DNA from: a virus
Lineage: Duplodnaviria; Caudoviricetes
DNA: 28,000 nucleotides
Virus record (IMG/VR): IMGVR_UViG_3300017650_000025
Coordinates: 1-28,000 of that record
Direction: 5' to 3' (one strand)
The notes beneath the pieces are model-generated. The model saw only the letters and a program-made list of their open reading frames with translations. It was not told the DNA's origin and made no database searches. The position numbers and the translations under genes were made by a program. Position 1 is the first letter of the stretch, and each line of letters opens with the position of its first letter. This document shows, piece by piece, positions 6,460 through 13,052 of this stretch.

Positions 6460-7019
6460 TGGCGGTCTCGAACCTTTCGATCTCAGTCGACGGGGATGAA
6501 TATATCGCGGCGCTCAACGAGCTATCGAAGGCGCTTCCCGATCTTGAGAAGACCTGCCCGGAATTTCTCCTCCGCTTGAATGGCCTTCTTAACCTGGCCG
6601 CGCTGATTGCCCGTGACGGCGACTGTCTCCCGACATCCGGGACAAACCCACTCATCGTGCACCTTAAGCCAAGCGATGGCCTTCTTCGTCTTTTGTCCGC
6701 ACTTCGGGCAGGGAAGCGCGACGCGCAAAGTCTCAACTGCTGTTTTGACCATGATTTCAGCTCCGTTGGTTGTGGCCCCTCCAACGAAGAGGGTCCGTCC
6801 GGTGAGTCGCAAGGCTCATCGGACGGGTATCCCTGCAAATCACAGGACATCGCACACGAATCCGCTTGCCCCCAGGCGGACACGACGGCCGTCGCTTCAT
6901 CCCCCAACCCATCCTCAGTGACGGCCGTCACCCATTCGCCGCGTGAGGTTTCATCCGCGGCAGCGCCGGGCATGGCGCATCCCCTGGACATTCCAGACTT
7001 CCTGAAACGTCGAACCTGA
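6456..7019 (+). CDS. Hypothetical protein with disordered S/P/A/T linker and C-terminal LDIPDFLKRR
   Basis: AGGAG RBS and ATGA coupling to cro. Confidence 0.6.
   Translation: MMAVSNLSISVDGDEYIAALNELSKALPDLEKTCPEFLLRLNGLLNLAALIARDGDCLPTSGTNPLIVHLKPSDGLLRLLSALRAGKRDAQSLNCCFDHDFSSVGCGPSNEEGPSGESQGSSDGYPCKSQDIAHESACPQADTTAVASSPNPSSVTAVTHSPREVSSAAAPGMAHPLDIPDFLKRRT
6522..6752 (-). CDS. Small zinc-ribbon protein, antisense within the 6456-7019 ORF
   Basis: CPKC...WL...CPGC plus basic helix; GGAG RBS 8 nt before ATG 6752. Confidence 0.62.
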   Translation of the reverse strand: MVKTAVETLRVALPCPKCGQKTKKAIAWLKVHDEWVCPGCRETVAVTGNQRGQVKKAIQAEEKFRAGLLKIGKRLR

Positions 7020-7037
7020 ATCGAAAGGAGCAAAATC

Positions 7038-7103
7038 ATGTTGTGTTTATTTGCCCTTAGGCTTGGGAGTTCTCCCAAAATCCTTGGGAGGCCCTCGATA
7101 TGA
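7038..7103 (+). CDS. 21-aa leader ORF (MLCLFALRLGSSPKILGRPSI)
   Basis: AAAGGAG RBS; TGA overlaps ATG 7100. Confidence 0.4.
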   Translation: MLCLFALRLGSSPKILGRPSI

Positions 7104-7432
7104 AGGCCTTCACGTACTCCGACGCGCTCAAGGAATTGGCCGAGCCGCGCCCGGTTGGGGATCTGGTGAAGGCCGCGATCGGCCGCGCCGCCCGCATTAC
7201 CGGCCTCTCATACACCCGCGCATTTGACGTCTGGTACGGCAAAGCCCGCCGTATCGACGCGCATGAAGCTAACCGCATCGAGCAAGCACTCCAGAACAAA
7301 CGGGAAGAGGAAGCGCGCAATGAGCTTCAGGACTTACGCATGCGTCTCCTCAAGATGGAATCGCGGCTGGCCGCGGAAAGCGCGAACGGCGGTCGCCAAA
7401 TTTCTCATTCGTTGCGGCCACGGCTGCGGTGA
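7100..7432 (+). CDS. HTH plus coiled-coil regulator at the cII position
   Basis: AIGRAARITGLSYTRAFDVWYGKARRI HTH-like segment, C-terminal coiled coil, GGGAGG RBS. Confidence 0.75.
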   Translation: MKAFTYSDALKELAEPRPVGDLVKAAIGRAARITGLSYTRAFDVWYGKARRIDAHEANRIEQALQNKREEEARNELQDLRMRLLKMESRLAAESANGGRQISHSLRPRLR

Positions 7433-7467
7433 TCTTGCGCGCTGGGTTGCGCCATGGAGTGTCGACG

Positions 7468-7707
7468 ATGCCGACGGTTAGCCGATCTGAGATGAACTCC
7501 GATGACATCGTGGCCGAGTTCGGTCTGGTGAAGGTGCGTGGGCCGGTTGCTCAAGCCTTCGGCACCTTCACCTCAGCCTGCCGCGGCAAAACGAAATACG
7601 AAACCTACGAGAAGGCGAAGCGCAATGCCCGCCGTCGCAAGGGCCTCGTCTCCTACCACTGTCGCTTCTGCGGCAACTGGCACAACGGCAACCATCTGGA
7701 TTGGTGA
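7468..7707 (+). CDS. Small phage zinc-finger protein
   Basis: CRGKTKY...YHCRFCGNWH; GGAG RBS before ATG 7468. Confidence 0.75.
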   Translation: MPTVSRSEMNSDDIVAEFGLVKVRGPVAQAFGTFTSACRGKTKYETYEKAKRNARRRKGLVSYHCRFCGNWHNGNHLDW

Positions 7708-7717
7708 GGGCGCGGCC

Positions 7718-8062
7718 GTGGCGAATCCAAACTGGCAGGACAAATGGACACCGGCCGAACTGGAAGCGCTGATCGTCAAGCGACGCGTCGAGGGTAAAAC
7801 ATGGCAGCAAATATCTCGGGAGCTCGGAAAGCCGCTTCAATCCTGCCATCGCAGGGCGCAGGCGCTGCTTTCGGCTTTGCCGCATATCGAGGCGCCCACT
7901 ATCGCAACCGAGTTGCCGCTGCATGTGCAGCTCGGGATCGAGACCTATCAGGTGAAGCGCGCCGTTACCGATTACGTCGGTGGCTTCGACAGAACGAGGG
8001 GGCAGTATTTCAGTCCGCACGAGTATCGCGCCGTGGTGACGTTGCCGCGAGTGCTGTCATGA
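7718..8062 (+). CDS. Myb/GcrA-N-like HTH protein
   Basis: KWTPAELEAL...EGKTWQQISRELGK; GTG start with GAGG RBS. Confidence 0.7.
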   Translation: MANPNWQDKWTPAELEALIVKRRVEGKTWQQISRELGKPLQSCHRRAQALLSALPHIEAPTIATELPLHVQLGIETYQVKRAVTDYVGGFDRTRGQYFSPHEYRAVVTLPRVLS

Positions 8063-8247
8063 CGGTCAGGAAGCTTGATCTGCAGGACATTCTGGAAATT
8101 CAGGCGCGCTTCACCGGCGCGCCCGGCCAGAAACGGGAGCTTGCCGAGGAATACGGCACGAACGTCTTCATCATCGATCGGGTGGTGAAGAACAGATTTT
8201 TCACCCCCAGCGGCATGAAGAAAGAGCCCCACAATGGATTTTGTTGA
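8059..8247 (+). CDS. Small HTH protein
   Basis: RKLDLQDILEIQ...KRELAEEYGT..IIDRVV; ATGA coupling. Confidence 0.65.
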   Translation: MTVRKLDLQDILEIQARFTGAPGQKRELAEEYGTNVFIIDRVVKNRFFTPSGMKKEPHNGFC

Positions 8248-8464
8248 GCAGAAAGCGCAGTCGCGCCGCGTGACCGTTCTCGATCTCAAAGCCATGGAAT
8301 GCCGCTGGCCGGATGACGATCGCAACGAGGAGGGTTTGATCACCTTCTGCGGCTGCCGGACTGTGGACGGGTCGAGCTATTGCACCGAGCATAAGGCGCT
8401 CGCGCGGGGTGTCGGCACGGTGTCCGAGCGTAATGCGGTCAAGACGTTGCGGGAGCGCGCATGA
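8234..8464 (+). CDS. Stand-alone GcrA C-terminal domain protein
   Basis: VTVLDL...CRWP...FCG...SYCTEH is the GcrA C-terminal signature; only ~12 residues precede it. Confidence 0.85.
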   Translation: MDFVEQKAQSRRVTVLDLKAMECRWPDDDRNEEGLITFCGCRTVDGSSYCTEHKALARGVGTVSERNAVKTLRERA

Positions 8465-9048
8465 CCGTCGTTGCATCCAATTATGCCCGCAAGGAAAACG
8501 ACCTCTACCAGACGGAGCCGTGGGCAACCGAGGCGTTGCTACGTCATTTCCCGGTCGCGGCAGGTGTTGTGGTCTGGGAGCCATCGGCCGGCAATCACTT
8601 GATCGCCGACGTGTTGCGCGAGCAGGGCGCCTCGGTCGTCACCAGCGACATCGCGACATATGACCGCGAGCACGATTCCATTTTCGACTTTCTATCGCCC
8701 ATGAGCGCCGTCACGCGCCAGCCGCGCCATTTCGACCGGATTTGCACGAATCCACCCTACGGCAAGGGAAACCGAGATGCGGTGAAATATGCACGTCTCG
8801 CACTGAAGCGCTGCTCCGGCTATGTGGCGCTGCTGCTGACGGCGAAATTCGACTTCGGAAAGACGCGAGCCGACCTCTTTGGAGGCAACGAGCGGTTCGC
8901 CGCGAAGATCGCTCTCGTCGACCATATCCAGTGGTTTCCCGGAGAATCCTCCGGCACCGAGGATCATGCTTGGTACGTCTGGGCACCGACAGCTTTTGCA
9001 CCAGGTCGTGGTCGTGCTCGGCTGATTTACGAAGGAAGGTCGGCATGA
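8461..9048 (+). CDS. Phage DNA amino-methyltransferase (probably N6-adenine)
   Basis: DLYQTE, WEPSAG (motif I) and TNPPY (motif IV). Confidence 0.88.
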   Translation: MTVVASNYARKENDLYQTEPWATEALLRHFPVAAGVVVWEPSAGNHLIADVLREQGASVVTSDIATYDREHDSIFDFLSPMSAVTRQPRHFDRICTNPPYGKGNRDAVKYARLALKRCSGYVALLLTAKFDFGKTRADLFGGNERFAAKIALVDHIQWFPGESSGTEDHAWYVWAPTAFAPGRGRARLIYEGRSA

Positions 9049-9347
9049 AGGCGTCTGCCATCGCGCAATCTGCTGCTGATCTCGTCGGGGGTGACCGCAA
9101 GGAAGCCTATGGTGACGTTCTGCTCGGCCTCGAGCGCATCGCCTTGATGTGGATGGCGGTGCTGACGATCGCCGGCAAGGCGCCCAGGAAGCCCATCAGC
9201 GCGCATGACGTCGCACAGATGATGGTGAGCTTGAAGCAGGCGAGGGCCTACACCGGCCCGCTGCGGCTCGACAATCACATCGATGAGGCGGGTTGGGCCG
9301 CCATTGCGGGCGAAGCCGCGTCACGTCTCGCATCGGAGGCGTCATGA
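9045..9347 (+). CDS. DUF6378-like phage protein
   Basis: AADLVGGDRKEAYGD...RIA.MW...DVAQMM..LK.AR...DNHIDEAGWAA; ATGA coupling. Confidence 0.8.
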   Translation: MKASAIAQSAADLVGGDRKEAYGDVLLGLERIALMWMAVLTIAGKAPRKPISAHDVAQMMVSLKQARAYTGPLRLDNHIDEAGWAAIAGEAASRLASEAS

Positions 9348-9517
9348 CCATCCAGCGATACCCCATCTTTCAAGTGCCAGATTCCGAATTGTCGGAGTGG
9401 TACGACATCGGCTGGAGCTTCGTTGAGCCTGCCGAAGTGCCAGGATTCTCCGTCATTAAATGGGAGAGTGACAAGATTCCAGTCGCACCCTTCAAGCACG
9501 AGGAGCGCGCAGCGTGA
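9344..9517 (+). CDS. Phage hypothetical protein (57 aa)
   Basis: GGAGG RBS, ATGA coupling. Confidence 0.65.
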   Translation: MTIQRYPIFQVPDSELSEWYDIGWSFVEPAEVPGFSVIKWESDKIPVAPFKHEERAA

Positions 9518-9744
9518 CCGTTCACTCATTGATGAACCTGGGCGATATCCTCGAGACCGGCAAGCGGGCCAAGGCTGTAAGCTATAAGCCATGCGAGCGC
9601 TGCGGCTCACCGATCCCCAACCACGCCAAACGACGCTTCTGTAGCCCGTGCTCCGACCTGAACACGATGGAGCGCCAGCGCCGAAAGTATCACGAGAAGA
9701 AAGTGAAAATGGCCGAAGGGATAAATCCAGGTGGCAAAAGCTGA
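9514..9744 (+). CDS. Small zinc-finger protein
   Basis: CERCG...RRFCSPC; GAGGAG RBS, GTGA coupling. Confidence 0.7.
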   Translation: MTVHSLMNLGDILETGKRAKAVSYKPCERCGSPIPNHAKRRFCSPCSDLNTMERQRRKYHEKKVKMAEGINPGGKS

Positions 9745-10654
9745 GAAAAAGCGGCCATGGTTGAAGTTCTATCCGCAAGACTGGCGCGGTGACCCGAAGT
9801 TGCGCATGTGCTCCATCGGTGCGCGTGGGCTATGGGCGGAAATGATCTGTCTTATGCATGAGGCGGAGCCATATGGCCACCTGATGGTCAATAACACACC
9901 GGTCACAAACAGGCAGCTCGCAAGCCTGGCTGGGATTTCGCAATCGGACTGCATGAAATTTATGGCTGAGCTGGAGTCTTCCGGCGTCTACAGTCGTCAA
10001 CCGAACAAAACTATCTTCTCGCGACGCATGGTTAGGGACAATGAAAAATCCCTACAAGGTAAGAATGATATTGGGAAGCGCTGGGCTAATAGGCCTGATG
10101 GTAGGTCACCTACCGATGCACCTAATAGGTCACCTAATAGGTCACCTACACAAGACCCTATTACTCTAGAGGTTAGAAGCCAGAAAGAAAACGCTACGCT
10201 GACGCACGCGCGAGGCGGACTGATTTCGCCCGAGGCATTCGAGCTTGCGGACAGGCTCGAAAAAGCGTGTGGGTTTTCGCTACCCGAACAAACCCCTGTG
10301 GGATGGGCTGGCTGCGCGATGTGGGCGCAGAAGTGCCTGTCGGACGGCTGGATTGCGGATGTGATGGTGGAAGCCGCGAAGGGTGTTGCAAGGCGTAAGC
10401 GCAACGGTTTCATCGAGAGTTTCAAATACTTGGAAAAGCCGCTGGCTGAGGCGATGGCCCAGCATCTCCAGCCATTGCCAGAAGTTGAAATCAAACCCGC
10501 TGAAAAAGTCACGGTGATATCGAATGACAAACGAGAAAGTCTCGCAGCAGTCGCGGCCCGCCTTGCCGAGTCCGGCGTCACCTTCGGAATCAGACCGCGC
10601 GGCTTACGCGCTGAAGCGGGCGGGGATGATGTTCGGTTGCTTTCGAAAGGGTGA
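9731..10654 (+). CDS. Phage replication initiator (O-like; YdaU/DUF1376-type N-terminus)
   Basis: PWLKFYPQDW...SIGARGLW...SRRMVRD; internal repeat array. Confidence 0.8.
   Translation: MAKAEKKRPWLKFYPQDWRGDPKLRMCSIGARGLWAEMICLMHEAEPYGHLMVNNTPVTNRQLASLAGISQSDCMKFMAELESSGVYSRQPNKTIFSRRMVRDNEKSLQGKNDIGKRWANRPDGRSPTDAPNRSPNRSPTQDPITLEVRSQKENATLTHARGGLISPEAFELADRLEKACGFSLPEQTPVGWAGCAMWAQKCLSDGWIADVMVEAAKGVARRKRNGFIESFKYLEKPLAEAMAQHLQPLPEVEIKPAEKVTVISNDKRESLAAVAARLAESGVTFGIRPRGLRAEAGGDDVRLLSKG
10090..10160. repeat. 12-bp-period iteron array, putative replication origin
   Basis: TAGGTCACCTA at 10102, 10126 and 10138; degenerate copies at 10090, 10114 and 10150. Confidence 0.8.
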
Positions 10655-11015
10655 CGCCAACGACCCGGAGATCTACGTCTCCGCTGTCGCGGCAATTCTG
10701 AGTGAGTATCCCGACAGCGTCATCGATTACGTGACGGACCCGCGCACCGGACTGCCTCGCCGCTCAAAATGGCTTCCGCAACCCTCTGAGGTCGCGGATG
10801 CTTGTGATGAGCAGATGGTCTCGGCTCGCCGTCGATTGGCCGACGAGCGAATTTTGAACGAGCAGATGGCCCTGAGAAACGTCAGAAGGCCAAGTCACGA
10901 CGAGCGTGAGCGGGTGTCTGGCGGATTCGCGCAGTTATCAGAGAAGCTCAAAGCAATCGTGAGCGACGAAGCAACCGGCGAAAAACTTCCAACAGGCGAG
11001 GAGAACGCGGCGTGA
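10524..11015 (+). CDS. Replication-associated protein (P/helicase-loader position); start uncertain
   Basis: DPEIYV...LSEYP..V...VTDPRTGLP...WLP.PSEV pattern; follows the initiator. Confidence 0.65.
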   Translation: MTNEKVSQQSRPALPSPASPSESDRAAYALKRAGMMFGCFRKGDANDPEIYVSAVAAILSEYPDSVIDYVTDPRTGLPRRSKWLPQPSEVADACDEQMVSARRRLADERILNEQMALRNVRRPSHDERERVSGGFAQLSEKLKAIVSDEATGEKLPTGEENAA

Positions 11016-11668
11016 CGATGCAAACCCTGCAGATCGGTGATTTTGTTGAGTTTGTAGACCTTGCCACGCTCGGCAATGAGCAGCCGTTCAACCTCACAGA
11101 AACCTCGCGCTGGTTCTGCATCATCGTGAAGGTGGGCCGTCACAAGCGGGTAGAGCTTGATCTGGCGCGGCTGGGCTATCGGTCGTTTTACCCGAGGGCG
11201 AAGCGATGGATATCTCACGCCCGGGTCAAAACCGCTCAGGAACGCCCAATCCTGAACCGATACATGTTCGTCGAAGTCGACCACCCGCGGCAGTCTTTCG
11301 ACCTGATCAGCAGTAATCGCGATGTCGATGAGATTATTCGCGCGACAACGGAAAGCGGAAAGGTTGAGCCTGTGGCGTTTCCGACCGGCTGGGTCGAAGG
11401 ACTTATCAGCCGATACATGGCTGGAGAGTGGGACTATGTGACGCCCGGACGATTTCCTTTCAGGGATGAGGCAGGCGAGATCAGATACCGGGACAACGAG
11501 ATGCCGCCGATCGGCGCGCGCATCCATGTATTGGAAGGAGAGTTCGCGAATCAACTCGCCCAGGTCACGGGGCGGAAGGGTAGGTCGTTGACTTTCAGAT
11601 TGTCTGAGAGGATGGACGACGGAAAGGTCGAAGGACGTGCGCCTGCGATATTTGTGAGGGCTGCATGA
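11012..11668 (+). CDS. NusG/RfaH-family transcription antiterminator (late regulator position)
   Basis: NGN-like WFCIIVK...GYRSFYP...RPILNRYMFV; KOW-like IGARIHVLEGEFANQLAQV. Confidence 0.85.
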   Translation: MTMQTLQIGDFVEFVDLATLGNEQPFNLTETSRWFCIIVKVGRHKRVELDLARLGYRSFYPRAKRWISHARVKTAQERPILNRYMFVEVDHPRQSFDLISSNRDVDEIIRATTESGKVEPVAFPTGWVEGLISRYMAGEWDYVTPGRFPFRDEAGEIRYRDNEMPPIGARIHVLEGEFANQLAQVTGRKGRSLTFRLSERMDDGKVEGRAPAIFVRAA

Positions 11669-11862
11669 TGGATGCAGAGCGAGATCGGATCGAGGCTGAG
11701 TTATTCGAGTACGTCGCGCAGCGGATCGAGAGTATGTCTGGATCTGAGGTTTATCGGTTCGCCTTTAAGAAGGCCGCGCGTCTCGTTCGTGAGATGAAAC
11801 CAGAGTACAGAAAGATTAAAGAGATTTGCAAAGACCTAGAACGACAAATCGTGTCTTCATAG
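11665..11862 (+). CDS. Phage hypothetical protein
   Basis: GAGG RBS, ATGA coupling. Confidence 0.6.
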   Translation: MMDAERDRIEAELFEYVAQRIESMSGSEVYRFAFKKAARLVREMKPEYRKIKEICKDLERQIVSS

Positions 11863-11920
11863 GATAGCTCGGCTTCACCCAGCGGGAGGCTTGTGCCTCT
11901 ATGTTTCGTAGGAGATCACC

Positions 11921-11992
11921 ATGAAACGTATCTTCTGGTCGTTCATCATCGCTGCCGGTCGCGGTCTGCTTCGCTCTGCCGGCGCGCGTTGA
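11921..11992 (+). CDS. 23-aa peptide MKRIFWSFIIAAGRGLLRSAGAR
   Basis: AGGAGA RBS; TGA overlaps the TTG start of the HNH gene. Confidence 0.45.
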   Translation: MKRIFWSFIIAAGRGLLRSAGAR

Positions 11993-12360
11993 GTCCGAAA
12001 CTCACCACGATCAAGCCGTTGGTGGCGAAGCTGGCGCCGCGGCTCGGGTATCTGCCCGGCAATGAGCGCGAGCGATCACGCCACCGAGACGCAACGCAGG
12101 CATGGCGCGCTTGGTACAAGACAAGTAGGTGGCAGAAGCTGCGGCAGCAGGTGTTCGTCCGAGATAACTACACCTGCCAACGCACTGGTGCGCTGTGTAT
12201 CGGTCGGCATCCGGCGCCCGATAGCCCAGTGGCAAACCACAAGAAGGCGCACCGCGGCGATCCGGCGCTGTTCTGGGACATCAACAACATCGAGACGGTG
12301 ACCAAAGAGGTGCACGACGGTCTCATTCAATCCGAAGAGCGTGCGTTTCAAGCGGGCTGA
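11989..12360 (+). CDS. Packaging-associated HNH endonuclease (HK97 gp74-like)
   Basis: WYKTSRWQKLR...RDNYTCQ...HKKAHRGD..LFWD.NN; directly before terS. TTG 11989 preferred start. Confidence 0.85.
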   Translation: MSPKLTTIKPLVAKLAPRLGYLPGNERERSRHRDATQAWRAWYKTSRWQKLRQQVFVRDNYTCQRTGALCIGRHPAPDSPVANHKKAHRGDPALFWDINNIETVTKEVHDGLIQSEERAFQAG

Positions 12361-12443
12361 CCGGGCCGGGGGGGGGGTGAAATCTTACCACATCTCCGGC
12401 CTTCCGGACCCGCGTCCCCCGCACGCAGAGATTTTTTCCTGTA
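12361..12443. other. Probable cos/packaging initiation region
   Basis: HNH-terS intergenic with G10 run (12368-12377), GC-rich core and GAGATTTTTT; this is the usual position in HK97-like cos phages, exact cut site not determinable. Confidence 0.55.
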
Positions 12444-13052
12444 ATGGGAATTTCAGTCAGGTGCGAACCAGTGCGAACTAGAGAAGGAAATTCTACGGAC
12501 TGGGTTCAGGTGGGTGAGGCGTTTTGCTCGGAAAGCCTTTCAATCAGGGCGCTGGCGAAGAAATTTGGCATCTCCGATACGGCCATTCGAAAGGAGGCCA
12601 AGAAGCGTGGATGGTCCCGGCCGACTGCGAACCAACGCCCCCGCGAACCTGAGTGCGAACCAGCCTGCGAACCAACCGCAAACCGCTCGGAGGCCGCCGC
12701 TCGATCGGTGGCGTCGACGCCGGTGTCGGCGCTCACGGCGCGCGGCCGCAACATCATCCTCGCGCTGATGGATGAGCTCGAGTTTCTGAACCAGAACCAC
12801 CAAACACTCGTCGGCCTCGTTGAGGACTACATCAACGGTGAGAAGGAAGATGGGGTTCGGGGTAAGTTGCTGAAGGCACTGGACCACGAAACCCGGTCGA
12901 AGACGGCGAATTATCTGGCGACGGCGCTCGCAAAACTGACTGACGCAGCTCCGGGCAAGAAGCAGGAGCGCCAGGAGAACGCCGAAAGTGCCTCATCAGC
13001 TGGTAAGTTCGCTGCGCCGTCGGCTCCGCGGCTCATCGTGGATAACCGATGA
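12444..13052 (+). CDS. terS: Terminase small subunit
   Basis: N-terminal HTH (SIRALAKKFGISDTAIRK), C-terminal GKKQERQ...GKFAAPSAP; ATGA-coupled to terL. Confidence 0.8.
   Translation: MGISVRCEPVRTREGNSTDWVQVGEAFCSESLSIRALAKKFGISDTAIRKEAKKRGWSRPTANQRPREPECEPACEPTANRSEAAARSVASTPVSALTARGRNIILALMDELEFLNQNHQTLVGLVEDYINGEKEDGVRGKLLKALDHETRSKTANYLATALAKLTDAAPGKKQERQENAESASSAGKFAAPSAPRLIVDNR

Noticed and set aside
6320-7078. 252-aa minus-strand ORF across cro and downstream gene
   Set aside because: Low-complexity translation with no motif; the zinc-ribbon frame is the better minus-strand candidate
8461-9048. MTase as part of a restriction-modification system
   Set aside because: No adjacent restriction endonuclease; orphan phage MTases are common
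10090-10160. Repeat array as possible CRISPR
   Set aside because: 12-bp tandem units with no unique spacers, inside a CDS, no cas genes
2481-11668. Recurrent GGAG-N-GCGGCATGA-like junction motif making many proteins end in Ala or Ala-Ala
   Set aside because: Ordinary RBS plus ATGA translational coupling in phage early operons, not a separate repeat element
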